The notes: generated by a model from the sequence alone, not told the origin. 64,000 bases of DNA from Thermoguttaceae bacterium (GCA_031548665.1 JAVBQW010000029.1:11684-75683), one strand, 5' to 3'. Positions 26,477-34,874 are shown, counted from the first letter of the stretch. Translations and numbers: made by a program.

Positions 26477-27319
26477 ATGATGAGTGTATCAGCTCTTCCA
26501 AGCATTTTGATCGTCGACGACGTCAACGAGGATATCGCCATCTTAAACCATATCCTTAAGAAGAATTATGAGATCCACATCGCCAAGACGGGAGAATCCG
26601 CCCTGAAAATGGCGGAAGAGATCAAACCGGATTTGATCCTGCTCGACATCATCTTGCCCGACATGACCGGGTTCGTCGTCCTCGAAAAATTGAAACAATC
26701 GTCGACGACGCAGGGAATTCCCGTGATTGTCATCACGGGCATCAACCATGTTCAATACGAACAAAAAGGGCTCCAGCTCGGCGCGGTGGATTACGTCACG
26801 AAGCCGTTTCACAACACGGTCGTTCTCGCGAGGATCAAAACGCACATCCAGATTCTGCAATATATTCGTACGATTGAGGATCTCGGTTTGATCGATTCCG
26901 GAACGGGCGTCTCGAACCGCCGCGGATTTGAAAACCAAATCGAAACGGAATGGGCCCGGGCCGTCCGGGAGAAAAAACCGCTGAGCCTCCTTCTCATCGA
27001 TATCGACGCATTCGAAAAGGCCGACAACGGCGCCGACGGAAAGGATCACCGATTTCAAGCCATTGTGTCGCAGTTCACCCTTTCTCTCCGTCGCCCGGCG
27101 GATTTCCTGGCCAAGTTGGACGATCGAACGTTCGCCGTGCTGTTGCCGAACACGGACGAAACCGGAGCGCAAACGGTCGCCGATGATATTCGCCGTCACA
27201 TAATGGAAAACGTGCCGGAAGCCAATCACGGATCGTTGCGGATCGGCGTCGCTTCGATGCAACCGACAACGGAAAGCTCTTTCGATGGATTGATTTTCAA
27301 AGCTCAAAATGGTCTTTGA
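26477..27319 (+). CDS. Response regulator: REC domain plus a degenerate GGDEF domain
   Basis: REC: ILIVDDVNED…DLILLDIILPDMTG…K. The GGDEF-fold region begins DSGTGVSNRRGF, but the active-site motif reads DDRTF and is preceded by RPAD (RxxD). Confidence 0.85.
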   Translation: MMSVSALPSILIVDDVNEDIAILNHILKKNYEIHIAKTGESALKMAEEIKPDLILLDIILPDMTGFVVLEKLKQSSTTQGIPVIVITGINHVQYEQKGLQLGAVDYVTKPFHNTVVLARIKTHIQILQYIRTIEDLGLIDSGTGVSNRRGFENQIETEWARAVREKKPLSLLLIDIDAFEKADNGADGKDHRFQAIVSQFTLSLRRPADFLAKLDDRTFAVLLPNTDETGAQTVADDIRRHIMENVPEANHGSLRIGVASMQPTTESSFDGLIFKAQNGL

Positions 27320-27337
27320 AATAATTACGCGTGGGAC

Positions 27338-27361
27338 AAGAGCCGGGACCTGCGGTCCCGG
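27338..27361. repeat. PAL-B hairpin between convergent genes (likely bidirectional terminator)
   Basis: AAGAGCCGGGACC-TGC-GGTCCCGG, lying between stop 27319 (+) and stop 27380 (-). Confidence 0.8.
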
Positions 27362-27379
27362 TTCCCGAGTCTATCTCGC

Positions 27380-29764
27380 TCAATCGGCGACACGGTACAG
27401 TTCGATCTCCCAAATTCGTGCGAGGTTGCCCGGCGTCTCCGTGATCAGGAGTCGGAAGGCGTCGCTCGTCACCGGATCGAAGCGTTTACCGAAGTCGCAG
27501 TCTTCGTTTTTCTCCGTTTTGGCGCCGGGAATATCGCCCCATTGTCCGCCGTCTTTGCGTTGCAGGACGAAAGCACGGATCGGCGTCGTGGGACCGACTT
27601 GACCGGTCAGAATTCGCAGAGCGTTGACGTTGACCGATTTGTCGAAATTCAATTCGACCCAATGCGGATCGGCGTCCATTCCCTCCTCGCCGGCGTCGCT
27701 GACCCAGCGTCCGGCGTTGTTCTTGAGATCGAATTTGCCGTCGTTGAGATACTTGGCGTCGTAGCCGCCTTCTTTTCGCGTCGTCGACACGGAAACCTTG
27801 GCGTCCCGAGCGAAATTCTTGCCGGCTTTCGGCAACCAAGTCGGTGGAACCGCCTTTTTGGCCGGTTCGCTGGGAGTCCGCGGCATGGCGGTATGCCAGA
27901 ATTTGTCCGTTTTCGCTCCGATGCCCGCCGTCATGAGACCCTTGAGATCCTCAAGATGCTTCTCCACGACGCCGCGCGGCGTCGTGTCGTATTTTTTGCA
28001 CAGCGACGCCGCCATGCCGACGACTTCGCCCATCATGCCGCCGGTTCGCATCACGCGGATCGTTCCCAAGGCGACGTGCGTCACGCTGATGCAGCGGCCC
28101 GCCATGAAAAGGTTCGTGACGTTCTTCGAATAGAAGCAACGATAGGGAATCGCATAGGGCTGGATCGGCTTGTGCTTGGCGATGGTTCGGAATTCTTCGC
28201 CGGGGAAGAATTTCGAGTTGCGGGCCTCCGGATAATGGAGGTCGATGGTCCACGTCGTCACGACGCTGGCGTCCGGCCATTCTTTTCGGCCGACGATATC
28301 CTGTTCCTTGAGGACGACGTCGCCCATCAGGCGGCGGGACTCCCGTTTTCCGGCGACGTACGCCACCCAACCGAGTTTCCGCGTGTCGGCCTTTTCCCTC
28401 CATTTCGGTTCGCTATGGTTCTTCATGTAGGCCCAATGTCCGTATGCGGCACGCAGACCATTGTCCCGGACCCGTTCGAAGTCCCAAACCTGATCGAGAT
28501 TCATGCCGGTTTCCCAATCCCAGTCGCCGTGGACCATCGGATGGGCGCTTTCCGCCGTGAATTGGTGGGCCCAGGGAAGATCGGGGAATTCCGTCTTGAC
28601 CGGATTGCCGTTTTCGTCCTTCGCCGGAATCGAGTACCATTGGACGGAGGCGCCCATCGTCATTTTGTCGCCTTCTTCCGGAGCGAGTTCCTCGTCGGTT
28701 TCGGCTTTGGATTCGCGGCCCATTCTCCATTCAGCGCCGGCGAGGAATCCGAGGTTGCCGTCTCCCGTGCAATCGGCGAAGTTTTTGCCGACGAACTTCG
28801 TTTCCGCTCCGGTTTCGATGTGCTTGCCGATCACCGTTTTGACCGTGATCGAACCGTCGGCGTTTTTGTCCGTTTCAACGGCGATCATCCGGGTGCTGAA
28901 ATACAGCGTCAGATTTTTCTCCGCCTTCAGAACGGCGATTTTCTTGCCGTCGTTGTAGACTTCGCCGGTTTGCGCGTTGCCGTCCTGCTGCGGGTCGAGT
29001 TCATGAACGAGATTGCCGAGGTTCGGATACGGCGGATAGCCCATCCGGCCTTGGAGATGGACGCGGACTTCGGAGCTGTTGTTTCCACCGGGAACGGGCC
29101 GATCATGAACCAGCGCGACTTTGCAGCCGAGCCGGGCGGCGCTGACTGCGGCACACATTCCAGCCGTTCCGCCGCCGACGACCACGAAATCGAAGGGTCC
29201 TTCCTTGGCAAGCGGAGCGTCCGTCGGTTTTTCAGTCAGCCCCAGCGTCTTTCGTCGGAGAATGTCGATTTGTTTAATATCTTCCGGCGGCGTGTAATTC
29301 GGATCCGCCGAGAAAATAATCGCATCAAGTCGGCCGTCGAAACCGGTCAAATCGTGTAGCGTGAGTTTCGCCTTCGTTCCTTTGACCGAAATCGTTCCGC
29401 CGGCTTGCCAATGCCAGGGATTTCCTTCGGTTCCGAACACGGTGTCAAGCTTTTTGTCGTCGACGCTGAGTTCGAACTTGCCGGGAGCGTGTTTTTCGGT
29501 CCATGGAGCGACCCAGTTTCGGGTCCGGACGAAGACGCGGTAGTCGCCGGGCTTCGGAAACGCGACTTCGGTGTCGGCGTCGGCGACCGGAACGCCCATT
29601 CCGTGGGCGAGGAGGATCGAGGAGCCTATCACGTCGATGAACTGCTGATCGACGACCCAACCGCCTTTATTGGCAAAGGATTCGGCTTCGACGAACACGG
29701 GATCGTTTTGGGCGACGGCCAGTGAAGCGACCAACAAAAGACCGGCAAAAAGAACGAATCTCAT
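27380..29764 (-). CDS. Secreted FAD-dependent oxidoreductase with N-terminal CBM-like and C-terminal discoidin (F5/8 type C)-like domains
   Basis: FDFVVVGGGTAGMCAAVSAARLG dinucleotide fold. C-terminal HWVELNFDKSVNVNALRILTGQ…RIWEIELY. Start set at MRFVLFAGLLLVASLAVAQ, which has AAGGAG upstream; the longer track ORF begins inside a repeat. Confidence 0.8.
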   Translation of the reverse strand: MRFVLFAGLLLVASLAVAQNDPVFVEAESFANKGGWVVDQQFIDVIGSSILLAHGMGVPVADADTEVAFPKPGDYRVFVRTRNWVAPWTEKHAPGKFELSVDDKKLDTVFGTEGNPWHWQAGGTISVKGTKAKLTLHDLTGFDGRLDAIIFSADPNYTPPEDIKQIDILRRKTLGLTEKPTDAPLAKEGPFDFVVVGGGTAGMCAAVSAARLGCKVALVHDRPVPGGNNSSEVRVHLQGRMGYPPYPNLGNLVHELDPQQDGNAQTGEVYNDGKKIAVLKAEKNLTLYFSTRMIAVETDKNADGSITVKTVIGKHIETGAETKFVGKNFADCTGDGNLGFLAGAEWRMGRESKAETDEELAPEEGDKMTMGASVQWYSIPAKDENGNPVKTEFPDLPWAHQFTAESAHPMVHGDWDWETGMNLDQVWDFERVRDNGLRAAYGHWAYMKNHSEPKWREKADTRKLGWVAYVAGKRESRRLMGDVVLKEQDIVGRKEWPDASVVTTWTIDLHYPEARNSKFFPGEEFRTIAKHKPIQPYAIPYRCFYSKNVTNLFMAGRCISVTHVALGTIRVMRTGGMMGEVVGMAASLCKKYDTTPRGVVEKHLEDLKGLMTAGIGAKTDKFWHTAMPRTPSEPAKKAVPPTWLPKAGKNFARDAKVSVSTTRKEGGYDAKYLNDGKFDLKNNAGRWVSDAGEEGMDADPHWVELNFDKSVNVNALRILTGQVGPTTPIRAFVLQRKDGGQWGDIPGAKTEKNEDCDFGKRFDPVTSDAFRLLITETPGNLARIWEIELYRVAD

Positions 29765-29805
29765 GGTTTCTCCTTGTTGAAGGAAATCGAAGCCTGAAGG
29801 AAATC

Positions 29806-29828
29806 GGAGCCGGGACCTGCGGTCCCGG
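29806..29828. repeat. PAL-B hairpin
   Basis: GGAGCCGGGACC-TGC-GGTCCCGG. Confidence 0.85.
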
Positions 29829-29941
29829 TCTTTCGTCGTCATTGTACCTTGGACGCCTTCGAAAGAAAACCGGTAAAAAGTGAATTTTTCGAGGGCGATT
29901 TGTCACAGAGGAAAAGAAAACGTGAAATTGTGGGGCCGTCC

Positions 29942-29969
29942 TTGCCAGCTGGGTGAGAGGGATTATAAT
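29942..29969 (+). promoter_or_regulatory. Sigma70-like promoter TTGCCA-N16-TATAAT
   Basis: -35 box at 29942-29947 and -10 box at 29964-29969. About 80 nt upstream of the 33-codon ORF. Confidence 0.4.
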
Positions 29970-30052
29970 CCGAAAAGACGTCGCGGAACTAAAAGGTTAT
30001 ATTCCTTTTTTTCGTGATCTCCGCATCCACACCCCCAAATAGGAGAAGACCC

Positions 30053-30154
30053 ATGAACAAGCGACGACGACATTGGTGGAAGGGCCCGCTACTTTACACA
30101 GCGGCGAGTCTTTTAATGTTCATGATGAGTGTTCCTTGTTCGCCGATCGGTTGA
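30053..30154 (+). CDS. Candidate small membrane protein, 33 aa (MNKRRRHWWKGPLLYTAASLLMFMMSVPCSPIG)
   Basis: ATG preceded by AGGAGAAGACCC. A basic N-terminus is followed by one hydrophobic helix. Bracketed by a promoter-like site and a canonical terminator. Below the track length cutoff. Confidence 0.4.
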   Translation: MNKRRRHWWKGPLLYTAASLLMFMMSVPCSPIG

Positions 30155-30178
30155 ACGGCGACGTTCTTTTATGAATGG

Positions 30179-30216
30179 AACGGGACGAATCTTACGGGGT
30201 TCGTCCCGTTTTTTTT
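30179..30216 (+). terminator. Rho-independent terminator
   Basis: Stem AACGGGACGAA / TTCGTCCCGTT with a 10-nt loop, followed by a T8 run. Confidence 0.75.
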
Positions 30217-30218
30217 GT

Positions 30219-30229
30219 GGGGGGGGGGG
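30219..30229. repeat. G11 homopolymer tract
   Basis: Eleven consecutive G, two nt after the terminator T-run and 67 nt upstream of the hydrogenase -35 box. Confidence 0.95.
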
Positions 30230-30295
30230 AATTGTATCGGTCGGCCAATTTTTTCTGTAATCCTTACGGCTTTCCGGCTCTGTTTGAGGACGTCC

Positions 30296-30323
30296 TTGCA
30301 AGGAATTTTTTTTCTTGTAGAAT
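30296..30323 (+). promoter_or_regulatory. Sigma70-like promoter TTGCAA-N16-TAGAAT for the hydrogenase gene
   Basis: Boxes at 30296-30301 and 30318-30323. AAGGAG RBS at 30379-30384. Confidence 0.4.
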
Positions 30324-30391
30324 ACTACGAGTTCTTTGACTGGATAAAATTTTATCGATAACAAAGTTTCCAATATTCGAAGGAGTCAACC

Positions 30392-32413
30392 ATGATCGAT
30401 ACCGTGAAAACGCTGACTATCAACGGAATGTCGGTTCCGATTCAAGGAGAACGTAATCTTTTAGAGGTCGCCCGGAAAGCGGGGATCGATATTCCGACGT
30501 TTTGCTATCATTCGGAATTGAGTATATACGGGGCCTGTCGACTCTGTCTCGTCGACGTCAAGGGCTTGGGAATCGTCGCCGCCTGTTCGACGACGCCGAC
30601 CGAAGGCATGGAAGTCAAGACGCATACGGAAGAAATCCGGCAAATGCGTAAAGTCGCCTTGGAATTGATCCTGGCGAATCACGACCAGAATTGTACGACT
30701 TGTCCCAAAAACACGAATTGCCGGCTCCAAGAGCTGACGCGGCAGCTCGGCGTCACCGAAGTCCGCTTCAAGAGGACTTTCGTCCAACGACCGATCGACC
30801 GTTCCAGTTTGTCGTTGGTCCGCGATCCGAATAAATGTATTCTCTGCGGCGACTGCGTTCGGGCTTGCTCGGAAATCCAAGGTGTCGGAGCGATCGGTTT
30901 CGCCGGTCGGGGAGCCAAGGCAAGCGTCGTGCCGCCGTTCAACAAGAATCTGGCGGACGTCGAATGCGTCAACTGCGGACTCTGCGCCTCGGTCTGTCCG
31001 GTCGGAGCCCTGACGCCGCGAGACGACGTCGACGACGTTTGGAAAGCGATCAACGATCCGAAGAAAAAGGTGATCGTTCAGGTTGCCCCGGCGGTTCGTG
31101 TCGCGATCGGCGAAGCGTTCGGCGGAGTGCCCGGAAGCGTCGAAATGGGCCGGATCGTCGCCGCCCTGAAAGCGATCGGATTCGATCAGGTTTACGATAC
31201 GAGCTTCGCCGCCGATATGACGGTCCTTGAGGAAGCGAATGAATTCATCGAACGGAAGACGAAAAACGAAAAACTGCCGCAGTTTACGTCCTGCTGCCCG
31301 GCATGGATCAAATACGCTGAACAGTTCCTGCCCGACTTTTTGCCCAACTTGTCGAGCTGCAGCTCGCCGCAACAGATGTTCGGCGCGACGGCAAAGAGAA
31401 TCCTGCCGGAACAGCTCGGCGTCGCCAAGGAAGATCTGATCGTCGTCTCCGTCATGCCGTGCACGGCGAAGAAATTCGAAGCGAAACAGTCAAAATTCAT
31501 CAAGGACGGAATCGCCGACGTCGACGTCGTGCTGACGACGCAGGAATTGGTCCGGATGATCGAAGAAGCCGGTCTCCGTTTCAACGATTTGCTGCCGCAG
31601 TCGCTGGACAATCCGTTCGGCTTCAAAACCGGCGCCGGCGTGATCTTCGGAGCGTCCGGCGGCGTGACTGAAGCGGTACTCCGCTACGCCGTGGAAAAAA
31701 TCAAGGGCGTCAAGCTCGACAACTTCGAGTTCAACGAAGTTCGCGGCGACGAGAATATTCGGGAAGCGGAATTCAACCTCAACGGTTTAATCGTCCGGCT
31801 TTGCGTCGTCCACGGTCTGGGCAACGCCCGGAAAGTCGCCGACATGATCAAAAAAGGCGAAAAGCAATACGATCTTGTCGAAGTCATGGCGTGTCCCGCC
31901 GGTTGCGTCGGCGGCGCCGGCCAGCCGGTCTCCAACGACTGGGAAGTCCGCCGCAGCCGCGCCGAAGGTTTGTACAAGGCCGACAAAATGCTGCAGCTCC
32001 ATAAATCGCAGGACAACCATCTGCTGACGGAGTGCTACGAAAAGCATTTCGAAGGCGGAGTCGGCGGACACACGGCGCACGAACTGCTCCACACGACGTA
32101 CCATAATCGCCGCCGGATTTACGGCCTCACGATGCCGGTGCTCGACGAAACGACCGGCGAACCCGAAGTCCGCGTTTCGGTCTGCGTCGGAACGAGTTGC
32201 TTCGTTCGCGGCAGCCAGGCGCTTTTGAAGAAGATCGTCGATCACATTCAGGACCAGGCGCTCGGACATCTCGTCCAAGTCGAAGCGACGTTCTGCACCG
32301 AAAACTGTGATCGCGGTCCGACCGTGACGGTCGGCAACAACGTGATTTTCAAGGCAACACCGGAAGTCGTCGTCGCGGCGATCAAGAACCAACTCGACGC
32401 CGCCAAAGTATAA
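30392..32413 (+). CDS. hydA: [FeFe]-hydrogenase catalytic subunit, HydA-like, with N-terminal 2Fe-2S/4Fe-4S ferredoxin modules and a C-terminal thioredoxin-like 2Fe-2S domain
   Basis: H-cluster motifs TSCCPAW, MPCTAKKFE and EVMACPAGCVGGAGQP. N-terminal CYHSELSIYGACRLCLV and two CxxCxxCxxxCP clusters. C-terminal VCVGTSCFVRGS…FCTENCDRGP. Confidence 0.85.
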   Translation: MIDTVKTLTINGMSVPIQGERNLLEVARKAGIDIPTFCYHSELSIYGACRLCLVDVKGLGIVAACSTTPTEGMEVKTHTEEIRQMRKVALELILANHDQNCTTCPKNTNCRLQELTRQLGVTEVRFKRTFVQRPIDRSSLSLVRDPNKCILCGDCVRACSEIQGVGAIGFAGRGAKASVVPPFNKNLADVECVNCGLCASVCPVGALTPRDDVDDVWKAINDPKKKVIVQVAPAVRVAIGEAFGGVPGSVEMGRIVAALKAIGFDQVYDTSFAADMTVLEEANEFIERKTKNEKLPQFTSCCPAWIKYAEQFLPDFLPNLSSCSSPQQMFGATAKRILPEQLGVAKEDLIVVSVMPCTAKKFEAKQSKFIKDGIADVDVVLTTQELVRMIEEAGLRFNDLLPQSLDNPFGFKTGAGVIFGASGGVTEAVLRYAVEKIKGVKLDNFEFNEVRGDENIREAEFNLNGLIVRLCVVHGLGNARKVADMIKKGEKQYDLVEVMACPAGCVGGAGQPVSNDWEVRRSRAEGLYKADKMLQLHKSQDNHLLTECYEKHFEGGVGGHTAHELLHTTYHNRRRIYGLTMPVLDETTGEPEVRVSVCVGTSCFVRGSQALLKKIVDHIQDQALGHLVQVEATFCTENCDRGPTVTVGNNVIFKATPEVVVAAIKNQLDAAKV

Positions 32414-32418
32414 ACGGT

Positions 32419-32505
32419 CGGTTTTTCAGAGCCCGAAGCCGGTTTTTCAGAGCCCGAAGCGTAAGCGCGGGGTTAGAACACAACCCCTCGCTTACGCTTC
32501 GGGCT
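32419..32505. repeat. PAL-F hairpin preceded by a direct duplication of its head (20 bp, 21-bp period)
   Basis: GGTTTTTCAGAGCCCGAAGC occurs at 32419-32438 and 32440-32459. Hairpin CAGAGCCCGAAGCGTAAGCGCGGGG…CCCCTCGCTTACGCTTCGGGCTC (22/23) at 32447-32505, just after the hydrogenase stop. Confidence 0.85.
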
Positions 32506-32577
32506 CCGTTTCACTCAAGGAGTACAATCCCTCGGACCCTGTTCGTTTCGGGTTCGACGTTTGATGTTGTATTCGCT

Positions 32578-32892
32578 CTACCCGGTCAGGCCGTAAAACT
32601 TTGCCGCTTTGGCGATATCGTCGTGATATCCTTTTTCGTAACTGTTCCAGTTGTCGGCGGGAATCAACGTAATCGCTTCGAGCGTTGCCGCCAACGATTC
32701 CGTAATCGGAAGACGCCCGGCAAACAGGAGTTCGGCCGCTTCGACGGGCAATCCGGATTTTTGGGCGAATTCCTCTTTACTCATCCCCATTTCGCCGAGT
32801 TTCTCTTCCAGAATTTCACCCGGGGCAACAGGAATAATGTAGTCCGGTTCGTGTGAAAAAAGTTGTTTCCCGGCTCGTGTCGTCGTTGACAT
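32578..32892 (-). CDS. higA: HigA-family antitoxin (XRE-type HTH)
   Basis: 104 aa. PGEILEEKLGEMGMSKEEFAQKSGLP is typical of the HigA/VapI HTH. Located 12 nt downstream of the toxin gene. Confidence 0.8.
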   Translation of the reverse strand: MSTTTRAGKQLFSHEPDYIIPVAPGEILEEKLGEMGMSKEEFAQKSGLPVEAAELLFAGRLPITESLAATLEAITLIPADNWNSYEKGYHDDIAKAAKFYGLTG

Positions 32893-32904
32893 GGTACACC
32901 TCGA

Positions 32905-33237
32905 CTAATGGTAATCGACGATTTCAATGATCGTCACGGTAGTAATTCGCGACCAATCCAAGCCTCCGTCCGGTTTCATCGGCGGCGGATCATCTGTCGG
33001 TTTCAGTATCAAACGAAACGGACCGCCGATGCTCGTCGCGATTTGTCCGGCTCGATCCTGCCCCAGTTCATGCCAATGGCCGGGATCATGCCGAAGCGAT
33101 TCAAGATTCCCAACCTTTTGGAGCTGCGACAATCGTACATTCAGTGTTTTGGCTCGAACAGGCCCGAACTCCTTTTGCATCGTGGCAATGGAGGAACAAG
33201 CTTTTTGGATCCGTTTATTCTCATAGCTGATGTCCAT
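32905..33237 (-). CDS. higB: HigB-like toxin (RelE/ParE superfamily, plasmid maintenance system killer type)
   Basis: 110 aa. …LESLRHDPGHWHELGQDRAGQIATSIGGPFRLIL… and a C-terminal IIEIVDYH matching the HigB pattern. The toxin-first gene order is typical of higBA. Confidence 0.75.
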   Translation of the reverse strand: MDISYENKRIQKACSSIATMQKEFGPVRAKTLNVRLSQLQKVGNLESLRHDPGHWHELGQDRAGQIATSIGGPFRLILKPTDDPPPMKPDGGLDWSRITTVTIIEIVDYH

Positions 33238-33265
33238 CGAAACAATCCTTCTTAATTACATCGAC

Positions 33266-33294
33266 ATTCTACGACATTGGATCGACCTTTTCAA
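33266..33294 (-). promoter_or_regulatory. Sigma70-like promoter TTGAAA-N17-TAGAAT for higBA, with a direct repeat AATGTCG x2 over the -10 box
   Basis: The minus strand reads CTTGAAAAGGTCGATCCAATGTCGTAGAATGTCGATG. The repeat is a plausible HigA operator. Confidence 0.45.
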
Positions 33295-33337
33295 GCCGAT
33301 TTCCTGACGCGTAGAACCGGGAACGCGTTGCCCTTCC

Positions 33338-33366
33338 TTGAATCGTTGCGCCGGCATCGATACAAT
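33338..33366 (+). promoter_or_regulatory. Sigma70-like promoter TTGAAT-N17-TACAAT for argH
   Basis: Boxes at 33338-33343 and 33361-33366. GGGAG lies 9 nt before the ATG at 33400. Confidence 0.4.
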
Positions 33367-33399
33367 TGGGGAGACCCATACATACCGGGAGCGAAAACA

Positions 33400-34809
33400 A
33401 TGCAAGAAAAAGAAAAGGAAAAAGCGTGGAGCGGCGTCTTCACGGAGGGAACCGACCGCCGCGTCGAATTGTTCACGGAAAGTATCAGTTTCGACCGACG
33501 GCTCTACGAAGTTGATATTCGAGGCTCCATCGCCCACGCCCGGATGTTGCAGGACGTCGGTATCCTGACGGAGGACGAATTCCGTCAAATCGAGGAATCG
33601 TTGGTCGAGATTCGTCGGAACATCGAAGACGGAACCTTCGTGTTCAACATCGAGCTCGAAGACATTCATATGCACATCGAGCACGCGCTGATCGAAAAAA
33701 TCGGCGACGTGGGGCGGAAGCTGCATACGGCACGCAGCCGGAACGATCAGGTCGTTACGGATCTTCGGCTCTGGGTTCGGGACGCCCTCGACCGAATCGA
33801 CCGCCGATTGTTGGATGTCCAGGCGGCGTTTGTCGGTCGCTGCGAATCGGATTTCGACGTGATCTTGCCGGGATACACCCATCTCCAGCGGGCTCAGCCG
33901 GTGCTTGCGCCCCATTATTGGCTGGCGTACTGCGAAAAGTTCCAACGGGACCGGGAACGACTCCGGGATTGTCGAAAGCGAGTCAACATTCTCGGTCTCG
34001 GTGCCGCGGCCCTTGCCGGAACCAGTCTTCCCATCGACCGAGCCAAGACGGCGGAGTATCTCGGCTTCGAACGCATCGCGGCAAACAGTCTCGACGTGTC
34101 CAGCGATCGGGATTTCGTTCTCGAAGCGGCGTTCTGCCTCGTTGAAATCGCGATCCATACGAGTACCTTGGCCGAGGAATGGATTCTCTGGTCGACCTCG
34201 GAGTTCAATTTTCTGCGACCGCCGCAGCCGTTCTGTACCGGTTCGTCCATCATGCCGCAGAAGGTCAATCCGGACGTCCTCGAACTGATCCGCGGCAAGA
34301 CGGCAAGAGTCGTCGGCAGCCTTCAAACGCTGCTCGTTCTGACGAAGGGACTTCCCTTGGCGTATAATCGGGACCTGCAGGAAGACAAGCAGCCGATTTT
34401 CGACGCCTTCGATACCGTGGAAGCCGTGCTGAATCTCGCCGCTCCGCTGGTCGAAGGGGCGACGCTGCAACGGGAGTCGATCCGCGCTCGTTTGGAGCTC
34501 GGATATCTCGACGCCACGGTCCTGATGGAATATCTCATCAAGAAAAACGTTCCGCAACGGACGGCCCACGGAATCGTCGGCCGACTCGTCCGGACCGCCA
34601 TGGAACGCGGCAAGCCGCTCGCCGCGCTGCCGTTGCAGGTCTTCCACGAGGTTTACGAAGGCTTCGATTACAACGTCTTTGAAGAGGTTCTGGGCTCGGA
34701 AAAAGCCGTCGCCGCAATGAAAAGCTACGGTTCGACCGCTCCGTCCGAAGTTCGGCGTCAGATCGAGTTCTGGAAGGAAAAAATCGACAAGGACTACCGC
34801 AACATTTAG
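33400..34809 (+). CDS. argH: Argininosuccinate lyase
   Basis: [10 protein letters not shown]…, [10 protein letters not shown], and the fumarate-lyase signature [11 protein letters not shown]. Start set at [12 protein letters not shown]; the track ORF starts upstream at 33277. Confidence 0.92.
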   Translation: MQEKEKEKAWSGVFTEGTDRRVELFTESISFDRRLYEVDIRGSIAHARMLQDVGILTEDEFRQIEESLVEIRRNIEDGTFVFNIELEDIHMHIEHALIEKIGDVGRKLHTARSRNDQVVTDLRLWVRDALDRIDRRLLDVQAAFVGRCESDFDVILPGYTHLQRAQPVLAPHYWLAYCEKFQRDRERLRDCRKRVNILGLGAAALAGTSLPIDRAKTAEYLGFERIAANSLDVSSDRDFVLEAAFCLVEIAIHTSTLAEEWILWSTSEFNFLRPPQPFCTGSSIMPQKVNPDVLELIRGKTARVVGSLQTLLVLTKGLPLAYNRDLQEDKQPIFDAFDTVEAVLNLAAPLVEGATLQRESIRARLELGYLDATVLMEYLIKKNVPQRTAHGIVGRLVRTAMERGKPLAALPLQVFHEVYEGFDYNVFEEVLGSEKAVAAMKSYGSTAPSEVRRQIEFWKEKIDKDYRNI

Positions 34810-34874
34810 CCGGTACTCCAGTCATCCCCTTTAGCCGGTACCCCGGTCCTCCCCATTTAGCCGGTATTCCGGCT
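34802..34874 (+). repeat. Three tandem PAL-G units (about 25-bp period) overlapping the argH stop codon
   Basis: TTTAGCCGGTA begins at 34805, 34830 and 34856. The argH TAG stop is the TAG of the first unit. Confidence 0.85.

Noticed and set aside
29765-29842. N-terminal extensions of track ORFs (for example 29842, 33277, 34883, 42821, 51080, 57207, 58984, 59095, 63818, 20360, 10227)
   Set aside because: The extensions run through repeats or intergenic DNA. Internal ATGs give signal peptides or conserved N-termini and often have an RBS, so the shorter starts were used.
33256-34647. 463-aa minus-strand ORF opposite argH
   Set aside because: argH is unambiguous (fumarate-lyase signature). The antisense ORF is a GC-driven artefact.
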